In this document: in pieces, positions 35,716-49,872 of the stretch
Layout: each line of letters opens with the position of its first letter
Numbering within the stretch: the stretch's first letter is position 1
NCBI GenBank assembly: GCA_013265495.1
Contig: MU058584.1
Location: 1,586,616-1,650,615 of the forward strand
Origin: Vicugna vicugna
Lineage: Eukaryota
Reading direction: 5' to 3'
DNA: 64,000 bases
Program-made: the position numbers and the translations under genes
Notes under the pieces: model-generated
What the model saw: the letters and a program-made list of their open reading frames with translations, nothing else
The model's database searches: none
Told to the model about the DNA's origin: nothing

Positions 35716-37129
35716 AGTTTGCCTGGTAACTCGTATGCTACTCACCTTGAGTTCCTTTTCTGCTAACACTCGAGTGTGTGTGCTTGTATGTATGTGTGTG
35801 TTTCTGTGTGTGTCCAGCACTGATCTGAGAAGTTTTTTTTCCTTCAGTTTTTCTCATCTTTTTAATCCTTTTTGACCTTGGCCAATTTAGAGTATATTCC
35901 AGTGGAGGCAGAGACACAAGGTTTACAGCTTGGAAGTAATGGCCATAGTCACCCTGTCTGTATCCTTGGCTTTGGAAATGGCACAAATAACTTCATCCAT
36001 CTCTGGTGTGACTGTGTCACCTCTTTGGTGACCGACAATGCAGTGTTTCATGGTGTTGATGTGAATTCCTATCCACTTGCTTGTCACTTCCCACAGAGAA
36101 GTTCTTGCTGGCAACAAAGCACCATGGTCAATTTTTTAAACACTCTGACAGTTCTTAGTATTGCAAAAGGCTTTCATTGCAACATCACCAAATCCTTTAC
36201 CAGCTCTCATTACCTGATACCCTAGTGAAGGCAGAAACGGCAGGTATCAATCTCAGGCCAGGTGCTAGGGGTGAGAAGGGAGTGCACTGCTCATTTTTTC
36301 TCTATCAGAGCACTCCCTGTTAGAGGTCACAAGGGGAGATCCATTTAATAAATTACTAGAATTAGAACTCTGAGTGGTCTCGACTTCCAGGCCCTGCAGA
36401 CTCCCGTGCACTGAAGAAGATGCTGAATTTTTGTTTATTTTCTTTTCTCCTGCCCTCACCAAGGGCTAGGAAAGAGCTGTGTGTGCAATCACAAGTGAGT
36501 TACCTGGGTAAAGCCTGGCCTGGACCTATGGAGGAGGACCCCCCACCCCGCCAGGTTTTGGTTCTTTTTAAAAACCCTGTATTGCTTCACATTTGCCCCA
36601 TGAATCAAATGAGAAAACCAGGAAGACAAAACCAGTTACCTCGTGTAAGAATCCAGCCTTTACTGCCTTATGAGCACCACTTTTTTGTTCAAAGTTTCTG
36701 CCATGAAGGTTATGACAGATTATAAATTTCCTTTTCCAGTTTTGCATTTAGATATTTCCCATCAAAATTTAAAAACTAAGTTTGTAAAGACCCGTGACTT
36801 TAAAATGTAACAGTAAAAATTAAGCCACAGCCGTATATTATTTATGGATGCCAACTTTGTTTTATTATCAAGAACTCTGTTAGAGAGAAATCAGAATTCT
36901 TCAGGAAATGAAGGCAAGAAATGAGAGATGTGGATCTCCATTTTGAAGGTATCCCAAAGGGCCCCAACCAGTAATCCTCCTGTGAGAGCCACTGGTCTAT
37001 CAGCTCTACCCACGAACAATCTGATTTTCAGTGTCTTACTCTTAAAGATGAATGGATCACCAGAACCCAGAGTCAACAGACATTTGAAGGAAACCCTTAA
37101 GATGTAAGTTAGAGACTGATACATACAAA

Positions 37130-37310
37130 CAGGAAAGAAAGAGAGAAAAGAGAGAGAGAGAGAGAGTGAGAGGAAGGAAGGAAGGATGGAAGGAAGGAAG
37201 GAAGGAAAAAAAGAAGGAAGGAAGGAAGAGAGGAAGGAAGGTGAAGGAAGAAGAAAAGGAGGAAGGAAGGAAAGGGGAGAGGGAGAGAGGGAGAAAGAAA
37301 CTTAGAGGAA
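37130..37310. repeat. Polypurine (GA)n/(GGAA)n low-complexity tract
   Basis: About 180 bp of almost pure A/G on the + strand. It explains the ORFs at 37057-37362. Confidence 0.9.
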
Positions 37311-37319
37311 AACAGCAAA

Positions 37320-38720
37320 AATCACAGGAAATAGAAGAAAAACTATGATGATCCTTAACCAAATAGATACTGATTCATGAATAAAATAAGGATAGGATTC
37401 TATGTGCAGGAACTTTCAAAAAGTAAAAAGTCCCCAAAATTAAAAAAAATAAATAAAAAGAAGAAGAAAAAGGAAAATGACAAAGGAATAAAAATCAGAG
37501 AGAAATTATAAAATTTGAGAGTCAATGCCTAGAATCGAACATCTGAACAATAGGAGTTCCAGAAAGAGAACAAGAAAAGAAAGGAGAAGACATTACCAAA
37601 ATGCTAACATAACATATTTTCCAGGTCCAGGAGATAGATCTAAACATTGAAATGGTCCACTAAGAGCCCAATGCAGTGGAAGGAAACCGATTTCCATCAA
37701 GGCCCATTCTGGTGAAGCAGAAAACACCAGAAATGACCCAGACAGTCTTTGGAGAGAAAAAACAGGTCTCATACAAAAGATTGGGAATCGGGGTGGCGTT
37801 TTGCATCTCAGAAACTCTGGAAGTCACACACCAATGGAAAAGTTGGAAGACAAAAGAGACATGTCTTTAACTTTCCAGCTAGTATTCCCCCTCAGCTGAA
37901 CTGGCGAGACGGTGAGGTAGAATGAGGACACTGTCAAGAACAGAAGGTCTCAACATTTTATTCCCATACACATTTTCTTAGAAGCTTCTGGAAGATTCTC
38001 TACTCCCTCACAAGAAGGAAACTAAGAAAGAAGACAGGAAACCCAGGGAAACAGGAATCTAACACAGGGCAGGAGTGATCATCCAGGGCGATGCGGATGT
38101 GCTGGCCCTGGAGCATCATCCTTCCATGGGAGCCAGCAGGGATATGGTTAAACAGGAATGTCCCACAGACAGACAAGATAAAACATTGGAGTGGATAGGT
38201 TACCTGCTGCGTTTGATCATTCTGAGGGTAGTTTCAGCAATCTGTCAGAGCTCTCAGGACAAATTCATCCTAAGGCCATCAGTGAAAAACAAGGCAATGA
38301 TTATTAAGAAACACAATATTGTACCAACTGGAAGCATATTCACAACACAACCTATGGGCAAGCAATAATTGCATCGTCTTCATAAACACTGCCTGTAGAG
38401 GTCATTACAGTTGTGAAAGGCTCACGTCGGGAAGGACGGAGAGTGGTGGATGTGTGTGTGAGTATGTGCGCCTAAGAGAATGAACTCAGTCTCCATTTTA
38501 CATGCGGTGAAGTAACAAGATAGTGTCTAAAAATTAAATATCAGTATATGCAGGTTATGATACTGCACAGAAATCAGTTCCAAAAGAAATCACTAAAAAG
38601 TTCAAACCCCTTGCTTCTTGGAAGTGGTCCTTGCGTTGGGACAGTGTGGTATAATGTTGTTGTCTTCCATTGGATCTTATAGAAATATTTGTTGATTTGA
38701 ATCATGAATTTTATATGTAA
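37320..38720 (+). mobile_element. HAL1 (L1 ORF1-related) element remnant
   Basis: aacatctgaacaataggagttccagaaagagaa corresponds to the ORF1 NI.IIGVPE motif. Also aaaacaggtctcatacaaaaga and the HAL1-like ttcttagaagcttctggaagat...cagggaaacaggaatctaacacagg. Confidence 0.7.
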
Positions 38721-39104
38721 GGAGTATATATTTCAGCACATATATATTAATAATACATAATAATAATATATCAAGTGTAGGTCAGTAAATTTTGCTGTGA
38801 AAAGCAAGAAGAACAATAAGAAATAAGAAAAGCTTACTTTTCAAATGTGTTGGCATAAAAACAGAAAGGTTCACTTTGTAATTGTCAGCGAAGGGCCACG
38901 ATGAACAGTGTCTACATGACCATGTGGACTTAACTTTCCTGCCAAGCATTAAGATGTGTTTCTATCTTATATACAAATATAATAATAATAGCTTATATTA
39001 TACACAAATACTCCCCCAACACACACACAAATGCCCCGAATTACACCTGAGTAAAACAAGGTAAAGAACTGAGGTTGGCAAATGACTCACACATACATAT
39101 TTCT

Positions 39105-39195
39105 TTCTTTTTTTTTATTGAAGTATAGTTGCTATATAATAATATATAAACTACAGGTGTACACTATAGTGATTCATAATTTTTAAAAGTTATGC
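39105..39195 (-). mobile_element. L1 3' terminal fragment
   Basis: tttttttattgaagtatagttg...caggtgtacactatagtgattcataatttttaaaagttat. Confidence 0.7.
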
Positions 39196-41867
39196 ACATA
39201 TATATTTCATCCATTTGTTCACACACACAAAAACTATCCAGCAAATATTCTGTGCTTGGCCCTGTGTTATACGCTCAAATTCCCAAGATTAAAAATTACT
39301 TCCCTCAAAGTCTTGATATCAAGAAAAAAATAAAGATGAGAGGGAGGGTCTCTGATTCTCTGTGCTTCTAATTAGTTACCAAGTCTGCCTGAAAAGGTGT
39401 GGCCTTTCAGTCTTCCAGGGCACACCCTGCAAATGAACGTTGTCTCTTTGTTTGTGGTCAGGGAAGAGGGTTGGAAAAGCTTCAGTCAATGTTTACTTTA
39501 AAAATTAGAACTAATTATTTTTTCATGATTTCATTTAACTCTGCTCCCTCTCCACACCCACTTTTGTTTGTAGAAGCCGGGGACACAGCGAGAATCCTAA
39601 ACTGCTCATAGAAGTTGGGCCTCACCTGCAGCTAACAGGATGAGCACTGTCACAATATCCTGAATCTCCTCCCACACTGTATTTCAGTAATTGGCCCATC
39701 TTGTCTAAGTCTGACGTCCAGATTTGGCCTGACAGAGGACAAGCCAGCGTTCTGACAGCATTTCCCTCTGAGACCTCAGTTGTCAGGCAGCCTGACCTGA
39801 GCCGGCCCTCGGTCGAGCATAAGGTGCCCTTCCTAGGCTCCGAGGAAACTCAGTCTGTACTCCAGGTTTTCAACGTATGTATTAAAGATACTGGAATCCT
39901 CACATCCCTTGCTCTCATGACAGCAGATGAGAGGTTTTCAAGCCCTGCTTCCCCAACATGAGGTTCTACCCAATTACAATGAACTAAGGTTTATCACACT
40001 TTGTGAAAACAAATTTTTGTTCCTGCATTAAATTTCAACTTTTCATGAGGCCTGTTAAAATTCACAGCATTTCGGTATGGCTGGAGCAGGATTGAGAGCC
40101 TTCAGACTACGATGTGCAATAAAGCGCTGAGTATGTCCAATGCACCATGGACCAAAATTCATCGCTGACATCCTTCCTAATGGTTGAGATTCTAATCTGG
40201 GATTTCTTGATGTGTGCGAGGAGCAAGGGGTGAAGAGACAGGACACAAAGCAAAACAATGTTGCAGGCCCTTTCACGTAATTGTAACTCAGTTTTACTTA
40301 CTCCACACAATTCTGTGCCTTAGAGGGCATGTTCCCATTCTTCGTAAAAGAGAATTTATAACAAGAGAGTTTTGGTGAAATACTCAACTTCTAAATTCTA
40401 CTACCTCTCACTTTTCACCCACTCTCAGATTTACCCATTTATCCGCTGGAGTTGTGTGTCGCAGAGCAAGATGTTTATGTTAAGGGTTTGTAGTAGGGCA
40501 GGATGTGATGGAGAAAGTTGTGTCCAGTCTGAGGACTTCACCCAGGGAAGCCGCTGGGTCAGCTGTCAACACTTTATAAGAAGAAATAACTTGGCAGGTG
40601 GTTGAGAATGGGAAAGAGGCAAGCTGTGTCTTACTCTAAGCTTTTTTCTCCTGTCTGTTCAGGTTTCCCTGTTAAAGAGAAGCCTCTAGATACACAACAG
40701 GAAGAGCCAAGTGGGGAATGTCACCTTCCACTCACCCTGGCACCTCATCACTGTGCTAACCTCAAGATCTAGAATACTTAAATGCAAACATTATTAAATA
40801 CTGGCAGTTCCTTTGCTCCAGTCACTTTCTCTTAAAACAAAAAGCCACTAGGGAAATTATATGCAAAAAGCTATGTTAATAAAGCACTCAGGTACAAATT
40901 TATACTTAAAAAAAAATGTTAGGAGATACAGAGCCTGAGAGACTCTTAGTCACGTACAAGCAACCATATTTCTCATATTCTATATAAAGCTATTTTAACA
41001 GCTTAATGAGTAATCTAAAAAAATTATGTACAGTGTAAAGTGAATTAATGTTACTGGAAAAATGTTAAGCTTTGATATTTCCAAAGTTTTTCATGCTTCC
41101 ATCCGTTAGCTAAATGTGACAGCTCAGCTTTTTGGGACTGTGTGTATTACAGCAATCACCTATCCACAGGCTTTAAGATCGTATTTCTTCATCAAAGGCA
41201 AATGTCTTTCATCCTCCCTGCTAGGCTTACCCTGGAGGTAGATTCTCAAATGCATTGAGACAATTCCTCCCACAGGGCTAGCTTTACGGTTTGTGGGGTC
41301 AGCTGCAAACAGGCTTGCTTGATGTGAGTTCGCAAGAAGCCAGTACCTTCAACAGCCTGTTGGTCTATTGGACCAGTGTCTGAAAGGCCAGTCTTGGGTT
41401 TGGAGCCATTTGTTTTAAGGAGCTAACAGCATTTATAAATCCGGTACCCTAGAGAGGGCAACACTTGAAGCTGTTTCACTTTATTGCAAATCAGGCTGTT
41501 CAAAGCCTTTGCAGTTGAGGCCACATGCACAGAAATCCACATCTGAGTAAAAAGAAAAAAAAGAGAAAGAATAAGTGTAAATAGAGGGGGTCCACCTTGA
41601 ACGTCCAAGTTGAATCAAGTCCTTATGGGCTGCTTGTTCACTTCGGTTTTCTTTCTGTCAGCCACCTTTTGTAATGTTCCTAGTTCTGTGGCGTGATTCT
41701 ACTGAAATCAGATTTGAATAGCCCCACGTTATATAATTAATGACATTCAGTTTCAGTTACAGTCACGGGCTGAGCCCAGCCTGCTAAAGAGGACACCTGG
41801 TGGCAGGTAGTCACATGGCAATTTGGACAGGTGGAGTTTGCGCATTTATTTGACCAGCTACTTAAGT

Positions 41868-41975
41868 TAAAAAAAGAAATGAATATATGTATGTTCATGT
41901 ATAACTGAAAAGTTGTGCTCTACATGGGAATTTGACACAACATTGTAAAATGACTATAACTCAATTAAAAAAATG
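41868..41975 (+). mobile_element. Lineage-specific L1 3' terminal fragment
   Basis: aaatgaatatatgtatgttcatgtataactgaa...ttgacacaacattgtaaaatgactataactcaattaaaaaaa. It resembles the reverse complement of the copy at 60494-60653. Confidence 0.8.
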
Positions 41976-42384
41976 TTTCTATATATGTATCACTCTAAGA
42001 TCTTAGGCTGGCAATACCTCAAAGACATTCAAATCACGTTTCCCTATGGGCCACCATTTTGGACAGGATGGAGTGAAAATGAAGACTTTGAGAGGAGGTT
42101 CATAGGGGCTGCTCATTAGATAATAGTACAGGGAAGGAGATTCATCAGTGGGTGTGCACGGAAAAAGGGTCTGGAGGATTGGGAGGTGACTGTCAGCTAG
42201 CTCACACCTCTGTGGTAGACGCCTTTCTGTGCTACATACTTGTTGCTATTCAGTCAGCTTTGTAACACTTCTTTTCTGGAAGAGTGATTCTAAATTTTCC
42301 AAGCTAGAAGTGCTGGGCCACAGACACTACATGCATTTACAACTGTGAACGGAACCACCAGCAGCCCTAGGAAGTTATTTAGGG

Positions 42385-42575
42385 AACTGGTTCTCCCAGT
42401 GGGATTCTCAGACCAGCAGGATCTGGGTCACCTGGAAACTTATTAGGAATGCACACTTTGGGACCCCACTCTAGACTTGCTGAATCAGAAACTCTGGGCA
42501 TGAGAAGCAGCTGTCTGCATTTTCACAAGTTTCCTTGGTGCGTCTGATGCCTGCTAAGTGTGGAGGTAAAGCCAG
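42385..42575. mobile_element. MER5A (hAT-Charlie MITE)
   Basis: agaccagcaggatctgggtcacctggaaacttattaggaatgca...tgctgaatcagaaactctggg. Confidence 0.8.
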
Positions 42576-42830
42576 GAACCAAACAAAAATGTCAGCGTCC
42601 AGAGTTTGCCCTCTGGGCCAGCAAAACTCAAGGACCTGTGGTGGTATCATCTCCCAAAGGGGAGTTACAGCAATCACAGCTTTCCAAAACCCAAGTGGGT
42701 AAAAGGGAAACATTATTCCAAAGCTCAACAGTAGATTAACAAGCTGTAGCAAACATGGAGGACACGGACTCCCAATCTACTCCCCTGAAAAGAGAGACTC
42801 CTGTTCCTCCTGCTGCGTTCTTTACATACA

Positions 42831-42852
42831 GTGTGTGTGTGTGTGTGTGTGT
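42831..42852. repeat. (GT)11 microsatellite
   Basis: Read directly. Confidence 0.95.
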
Positions 42853-43959
42853 GGCTATACAATTCTGTTCATGGTCTTCATCTGAGTCCTCTTTATTGCC
42901 CTGGTACCTAGGGGTGTGATGGCAAAAGCTATGATTTACCCCAGTGCTTTCAAATCCAGGCTCTTGTACTTTCCCTTACAAAGCCCTCCCCGTGCTCCTG
43001 CTCAGGGCTCCAGACCTGGGTTCTAGTTTGGTCTGTAAGGAAGACAAAAGGGGGATTGAGGACGCAAAGGAAGGGAGAGGGAACCAGGATCAACAAAAAC
43101 GAACTGGGATGGGACGTGAGGACTGTGAAAGAAAAAAAGAGAGAGAGAGAGAATCGAATTGGGGAAATAAGGCGAGAAAGAGCATGAGAAAGAGAGAAGC
43201 CAGGAGTAAGGGGCCCCGTGGAAAAAGCAAGGAAGGTGGAAGAGACAGGAACACCCAGCAGCTGTTTGAAGTAGGTTGCGTGCGCCATCCAGTCCGAGTG
43301 GACTCTTTCCTGTGTTCGTCAGCCGTCTGCAATGCGGTGATTAATCATTCGTGTCAGACTCCCTAATCCCATTCAATGGAAAACAAATGCCATGGCACCC
43401 AGCCCTTTGCTTATCCCATTGCACTTCGCCTGCTTGCCTGGGCGAGGTCGTCTGGGACCAAGATGGTTTTCTGGGGACCCTCAATGCAAATTCCGGGCCG
43501 CTCCATGTGTTGAAGATGTCCTGTGATCTCAAGGGCCTTGCCTTTTAAGGGGAGGAAAAAAAAAGAAATCACTAGCTATAAAGGTCAAGTTGTGCTGGTT
43601 AAGCAAACAATCAACATGCATTTAATTCTCTTTCAAAAAGAAAAGTAGTCTCCGTTATTTAAAAAGCTCCTTCCTCCAAGGAACGCAGAGCAACTCACAC
43701 CAGTTACTTCATCAGTCTTCCTGGCATCCGTCTGCGGCGGGGGTTAGCTCTGCTGTCTCATTTTGCAGAATCTTTCAAAGGTTGTGCAATCTTTTGTCCT
43801 CCCCCATTTCAGTCCTCTGGCTTCACTTTCTTCATCACTCTTTTTCCTTATCCACATGAACTTTACACGGGAAGAAAGAGTCTAGGAAAATAATTTGCCC
43901 TAAACTGCATCAGCGCAGACTGCCTTGGGAATCGTCCTTTGCACCTGACACCAGGATAG

Positions 43960-44165
43960 GGTCCAGTCCTTCAGGCTCTGGAACCAGAAGGCCTAAGCTT
44001 CGAATCCCAGCTCTCCACCTGGGTAGCTTTATAGCGCACGGCCCACGGCTTGACATCCACACACTTCAGTCTCCTCATGTGCTAAGGCTGGGTTGCTGAT
44101 AAGATGTCAATGAAACAGTGCATGTAAACAACAGAGTATATAGTAGGTGCTTCAGAACTGTTGGC
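43960..44165 (+). mobile_element. MIR SINE
   Basis: ggctctggaaccaga...ttcgaatcccagctctccac...cagtctcctcat...catgtaaa...atagtaggtgct. Confidence 0.7.
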
Positions 44166-46614
44166 TTCTTTATCTAGTAAGTCCAAGCCTTGAGCCTTTT
44201 CACAACTCTGGGCCATCCTTCTCTGAGGAAGAACCTGGGCGGGTAGAACCGTCCTTGGGGAAAGGCATTACTCTTTAGCACTTCACTGCAAGGCAAAGTT
44301 TCTAGTGTGTCCGAGAATCAGATGGGCGTTGGGGTAAGGGTGATGCTCTCCTGGGCCTGGGAGTCCTCAAAGGGCCCAGAAATCCAGGTTTGGGGTTGTA
44401 CCAGAGAGGGAAAGAGATATAATGAAAGACCAGAAGAAAGTACAGGGGTGGAGTAACAGCCTTTAAAAAAAAAAAAAATATGGATGTTACTTGTTCCCCT
44501 GGCTCCCTCTATCTTTTGGGAGAAATTTGAAACCACAGATATACATTGACTTTAGTTAATATTCATATAAAATATGTTTTATTTAACCCAATACATATTG
44601 AATGACATAGAATGCAAAATTCAGATCAATTATAAAGTCAACACAAGTATCCCTTTCTGCAAAAGAGCCCAGATTTGGGGAGGGGAGAGCTATCTTGCTA
44701 GAATACTTCAGTGGAAAACGTTGAGAGATAATGGATCAAAATGAGAGAAAGTAAAAAGCAAAGGTGAAAAAATAGCAATAAATCCACACTCAGTCAACAA
44801 GTCGTGACAGATTATATGATGTTGAACATCTATTTGTTTGCTTATTAGCCGTTCATATATCTTTGGTGAAATATTTATTCATGTTCTTGATCATTTAAAA
44901 AAAAAAGTAGAAACAGATTATACTTCACCTAAAGGGGAGAGAAGCTCATAATCTTAGTTTTATTGTCATTCTTTCTCCACAATGAATGACTACAAGAAGG
45001 GTCATTCCCTGAAATAAAGAGACTGAGCGAGACAACTAAGAAATGCTTCAAAGCAGGACCCCAATAAATATGTCCCGAGAGGAGGAAGCACCTAGCATGA
45101 CGCCAGTCCAGAGCTGGAATTCAGGAAAAGGGCGCTGAGTTAGTGCTAAAGAGAGGCAAGGTGAAGTGCGTCGGTGAGAATTCTCAGATGAAGAAACGTG
45201 TGATGCTTCCACTTAATTCCCCAGCCCCTAAGAGGATGCCGTGAAGGACAAGTATTCTGTTTTCTCATCAGGTAGCTTTTGGTTCCATAGTCAGAGAATT
45301 CTGGGCTGGGTGGGGGATGGATACCAGAGGGGCATTTCTTATATGTTTCTGTTGTTGTGAGTCCCATGAAGCGGTAGATGCAGAGCAGCCAGAGGTTGAT
45401 CGGCAGAAAAGTAGGTCCTTGCTCATCACCCGCAGTGATCCCTCCTTGGTGCTCAAAGACTTTTCCATCAACAGAGAGCACGTGCCGGACCACCCCAGGC
45501 CCAGGAACTGCAGAGGAGACTCAAGTATCAGACGCTCCTTGGATTAAGTGACTCTTATGGTCCCTTCCATCCATACTTCTAAGAATGCTTGTCATTCAGT
45601 GGGTTAGAATTCAATTTCCAGAGACCTCTTTTTGGGGTAGGACTCTAATTCTGTGCTGTGTTTTCCACTAGAACCTAAGACATGCAAGCCAGGTCTTTAT
45701 TCTCACTCTAATGGATTACTCGTGGGACAGCAAGAACAAGAAAACACCACGCCTGTTGTGGGCTTGTTCGCCAGGAGACGGTGAATTCTGCTTCCTTCCT
45801 CAGTCCCTCCCTCGGCGGCCGAAAGGGTGTCCGGGCAGTGAATTTATTCCTCTCAGAGCTGCAGTTTATCATTGCTGGGTGCTCCCTAAATCCACTTTTA
45901 ATTCACTCCTGTGTCTCAGAGGGCGTGGCCACACGCCTAAAACGTCCTCCCACGGAGGAATGAACAAAGGGGCGTGCTCAGCCCTGATGGTGCCTATTTT
46001 GCTTGGCCCTGATTGTCAAGCATCTCCTTTGGATTCCAAAGAGGCTGGAAACTGAATGATAAGAAATCCAAATCATTTTAATTCCTTTGCCATATTCCTG
46101 GAGGAGCTTAATCTCAAAATACAGAAGCAGCAGAACTTCATCTCAAGCTTCTCTTCTAAGAAAATGTAATTGCTTTTATGCGGACATCTACATTCCAGGA
46201 ATATTAAGGGCTCAGTAAATGTGTGGGATTGGTTAAAGTACAGCAGGTATAAACATTGGATTTTGGTATTTAATTCATTCCAGCTGAGTTCTCATGATCA
46301 GTGTCTTACCAACATTTTTTATTAATTTTATTCCATTGTCTATTGTCTCTGATACAAATGATGAGAACTTCCTATTTCTTATACTAGTAATGTTCTTTCA
46401 AAGAGGTAAACGTTGAAATGGGACTAACCCTTCTACTTATCTGCTTTTAGACGAACTGATTAAAACTACAATGTTCTGCTTTTCTACTGGTTTTCCGTAT
46501 AGACACCAGGATGAAAAATGAATAAACATCTCTGCAGTTGTTTCTTTGCTCAGTGTTCACTGTGTGGGAACAAATGTGTCACTGTGTCTATAATACAATA
46601 ATAGGAGATTCACT

Positions 46615-47430
46615 TCATTGTGACTCCAAAATTATTTACTGAACATCTACTATGTTCCAGGCATTTTGCTAGTGATAAAATAGTGACACAATTGACACAG
46701 CCCTTGCATTTACAAAACTAGCAGATTAGTGTGGATTAGCAGTAAGTAAATAGTGTAATAAATGTTACAATAAGGACAAAGCACAGAAGAGGAAAATATA
46801 ATCCACACCAGAGGTCCACTGAAGGTTTTTGAAATAAAAGTGTCTGCATCTAAACGGAAAGATGGAGAAGGATGATAAAGAAGAGGCGTAGGAGTAAATG
46901 AGAGAGGCGGATGGAGAGGGTTGGGGAAAGCTTTAAACATCCAAGGGACCAGCATCACGAACAAACACCCAGAAGCAAGAGAGAACATGGATAAAGCCAC
47001 ATCCCTGAGGGTGAGGGGAATGGCAAGATATAAAACTGAACAAGCAATCAAACGACAAATCAAGGAATATCTTTTAAGTCATCCTAATGCCTTTATGGAA
47101 CCACTGAGGTTTGAAACAGGGAAGTGATATGACCAGATTTTCATTTTACAAGACACTTTCTAGCTATACACTGGGATGGGATTAAAGGGTAGTGACGGCG
47201 GAGGATTTAGAAGGTTCTTGCAGTCTTCTGGATTGCAAGAAAAATGACGTGGGCTAGCAAGTGGAAACGGGGTAGGAGAAAAGTAGTCAAATTCTAGAAC
47301 GATTTAAGAAGTCAAATGGCAGGACTTGAGAATTAGATGCAGGTTTGAAGGAGACAGAGGAACCAAGGATGTGTCCATATTGGTGGTTTGGATACTGAGG
47401 TGGTTGGTTGACGGTGCTGGTCACTGAGAT
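46615..47430 (-). mobile_element. L2 LINE fragment
   Basis: tatttactgaacatctactatgttccaggcattttgctag is a reversed L2 tail, followed by reversed L2 body such as ccactgaggtttgaaacagggaagtgatatgaccagattt. Confidence 0.75.
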
Positions 47431-47514
47431 GCGGCAATATTTATCACAATGCCTTTTGCCCATTTAAGGGTCTATCTTCAAGGAATAAATACTGAAAATA
47501 CTAGTAAACACCTG

Positions 47515-47712
47515 TAAGGCAACAGTCCCCACGTTGGCTGCATAATAAAATTATTGATGAGCTTTGAAAATATATATATGAATTCTTGGGTCCTCCCCCC
47601 CGAGATTCTGATTTAATTGGTTGGGGTATAAACTAGGATGTGAATTTTCTTAAAAAAAAAAACCCACCCCAGATGGTTCTAGAATACTGCCACTGTCAAG
47701 AGTCTCTGCTCT
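47515..47712. mobile_element. MER5-family MITE
   Basis: ggctgcataataaaatta...gagattctgatttaattggttggggt...cccagatggttcta. Confidence 0.65.
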
Positions 47713-47829
47713 AAAGGGAAACTAGGATCTGACATTAGAATGGTAAGACAGTATGATAAACTGGAGATCTTTGACTATCAGGTTAAACAGCATGGAGATA
47801 ATCCCACAAGTCTGTTCAAAACTCAATGC

Positions 47830-48705
47830 AACATTCTTCTCCTCTAATCACTCTGTCCTTCTCTCATTCAGCAACAAACCCGTTTATATTGGCAGTCTCC
47901 AAATCGTCTGTCAATGGTAAAATTCACAAATTCAAAATCTTTGAATCATCTTTGAATCTCTTCTTGGTTTATATTCAGGCAGTCACCAAGTCCTACCAGA
48001 TTTCTCTTCACAATGCACTCATGAACAATTGTTTTACATTCCCCCAATTCCACTGTCCCAGTCCTCCCCCCTGGATTGCTATGAAATCTTGCTAATGAGC
48101 GTCCCCTCCTTTAAGCTCTACCCACCCACCCCTTGTCACGGCTCTACTTCCCCATTGCACGCTCTTTCCAAAACATATTTTCTGTCATATCACTTTCTTG
48201 ATCAAATTGTTCCTCAGCCTGATATTCATATCCTCTATAATCTACCCTTCTAGATTATTCTTTCACTAATTACTTTGGAAAACAGTTGGCTTCAGTTAAA
48301 CTGGGTCTATTCATTACTTGCGGATAGAACGCTCATTCTTCCTCTGCACTTTTGACACATTTCTCGTGTCTAGGATGCTCTCCTCTTTCCTCTTCATCCA
48401 GTCCAACCCATTCATTAGAGCCAGCTGAATACTCACCTTCTCAGCATAGCCTTCCCTAATCATTCCAAAGTATAATCTTCCCATGAACTCATAGCAATTA
48501 CTGTTTATACCACTCATTTGGTACTTAAGGTTAAATCCCTCTGTGAAGTGTCTCTTAATTTATGCTGCAATTTAATGTCTCATTTTCCCAAATAGCTTAT
48601 AAGCTGTCGGTACAGGGATAAAACGTGGTTCCCCTTAAGTTCCTTGAATGTAATAAGTGTCCAAATTTATTACTTAAAAGAATGGATAAATGAATGAATA
48701 ATGAT
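47830..48705 (+). mobile_element. L2 LINE fragment
   Basis: cagtcaccaagtcctaccaga...tcaccttctcagcatagccttccctaat, ending gaatggataaatgaatgaa. Confidence 0.7.
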
Positions 48706-49589
48706 CTCGTCTTTACATACCACAGTGACTGCATGTCTTACTTTTGATACTGATGGAAAAACCTATCTTCATCTTCCTCTCCAGGCAAGCATTCCCTATG
48801 CCTATGCTTTCTGGAGGGTTGCCACGTTACCCAAATGCATTACCACAGTGCATGACTGTGACAATCAGGGACACACATGAAGTCCAAAGGCTAGTGCAGA
48901 AAGCCCACTACTTTTCCTTAAATTTGCATTTCAGTCCACATTGACTCTACTTGAGGTGTAAACTGGAAAGCCCCTCCCCTTGGCCTCCTATTCTTCTGTT
49001 TTCTTCTCTCAAAGTACTCTTGTTTTTCCCCCTTTTTTCTTATTGTTTTGTAAACTCCTCTGCTTCCTTCATGCTCCCCCTCTCAGGGTCTGCTTTTACC
49101 TCCTCTCAGCCTCTGGTCTACGTTTTCCCTTAATGGAGCTTCAAGAAATGAAGGAGCCTCAGGTCTTGTGTAGGAGTTGGGGCAGAGGAGGGACGAAAAA
49201 ACGGCCCCTTCCCAGAGCAACCATCTATGACAAAAATGGGGTATATCATTGTGCTCAAGGAATGTCTGTCTCTTTTTCTGGATTTACAAAAATCTAATTT
49301 AATTATCATAGTTTGGTCGGAGTCCAGATGCTAGAAATGGTGGGTGGGGACATGTGATTCTGCCCCAAAGAAAAAGAGGGGGGAGGAAAATGCAGGACGA
49401 AAAAGTGGTTCTGTACTTGAGAAAGAAACCACACTGACCCTTTTGCCCCAAGTGAAGCACAATATTCTCTTCTTGGCTGGCACAAAATGCAGTGTTTCTC
49501 AGGAAGGATGGCATAGCTTTTTCCAAATTGTAACTTCTTATTAATCCCAGAAACCATCTGGAACAACCTGGTGTGTAGACCAGTGCCAA

Positions 49590-49872
49590 GAATTACGAAT
49601 GACTCAGAGATCTAAAAGAGCATGAATATGTTCTCTGTGGCTCAAAATGGTAGACCGTAAGTGGAAGCTCAATTTAAGGAAAAAACTAAAATGTGTAGCT
49701 TCACAAAAATAGAGTGGCTGCTCCCTCAATGGAGTGAATTGTCTGTGCTGGAGGTGTAAGGCAGTCTAGCTGAGCTGTCCACGTGGTGAGCCTGTCCCAG
49801 ATCAGCTTTAAGCAATGGATAAATGGTTGGACTCAATGACTGGTGACGTCTTTTCCAACAGAAGGATTCTAC
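49590..49872 (+). mobile_element. L3/CR1 3' end
   Basis: gctggaggtgtaaggcag...ggttggactcaatgac...ttccaacagaaggattcta resembles the CR1 3' hairpin and ATTCTRTG terminus. Confidence 0.6.

Noticed and set aside
46615..48705. Oppositely oriented L2 copies as a dsRNA-forming inverted repeat
   Set aside because: The copies are too diverged for me to see extended complementarity.
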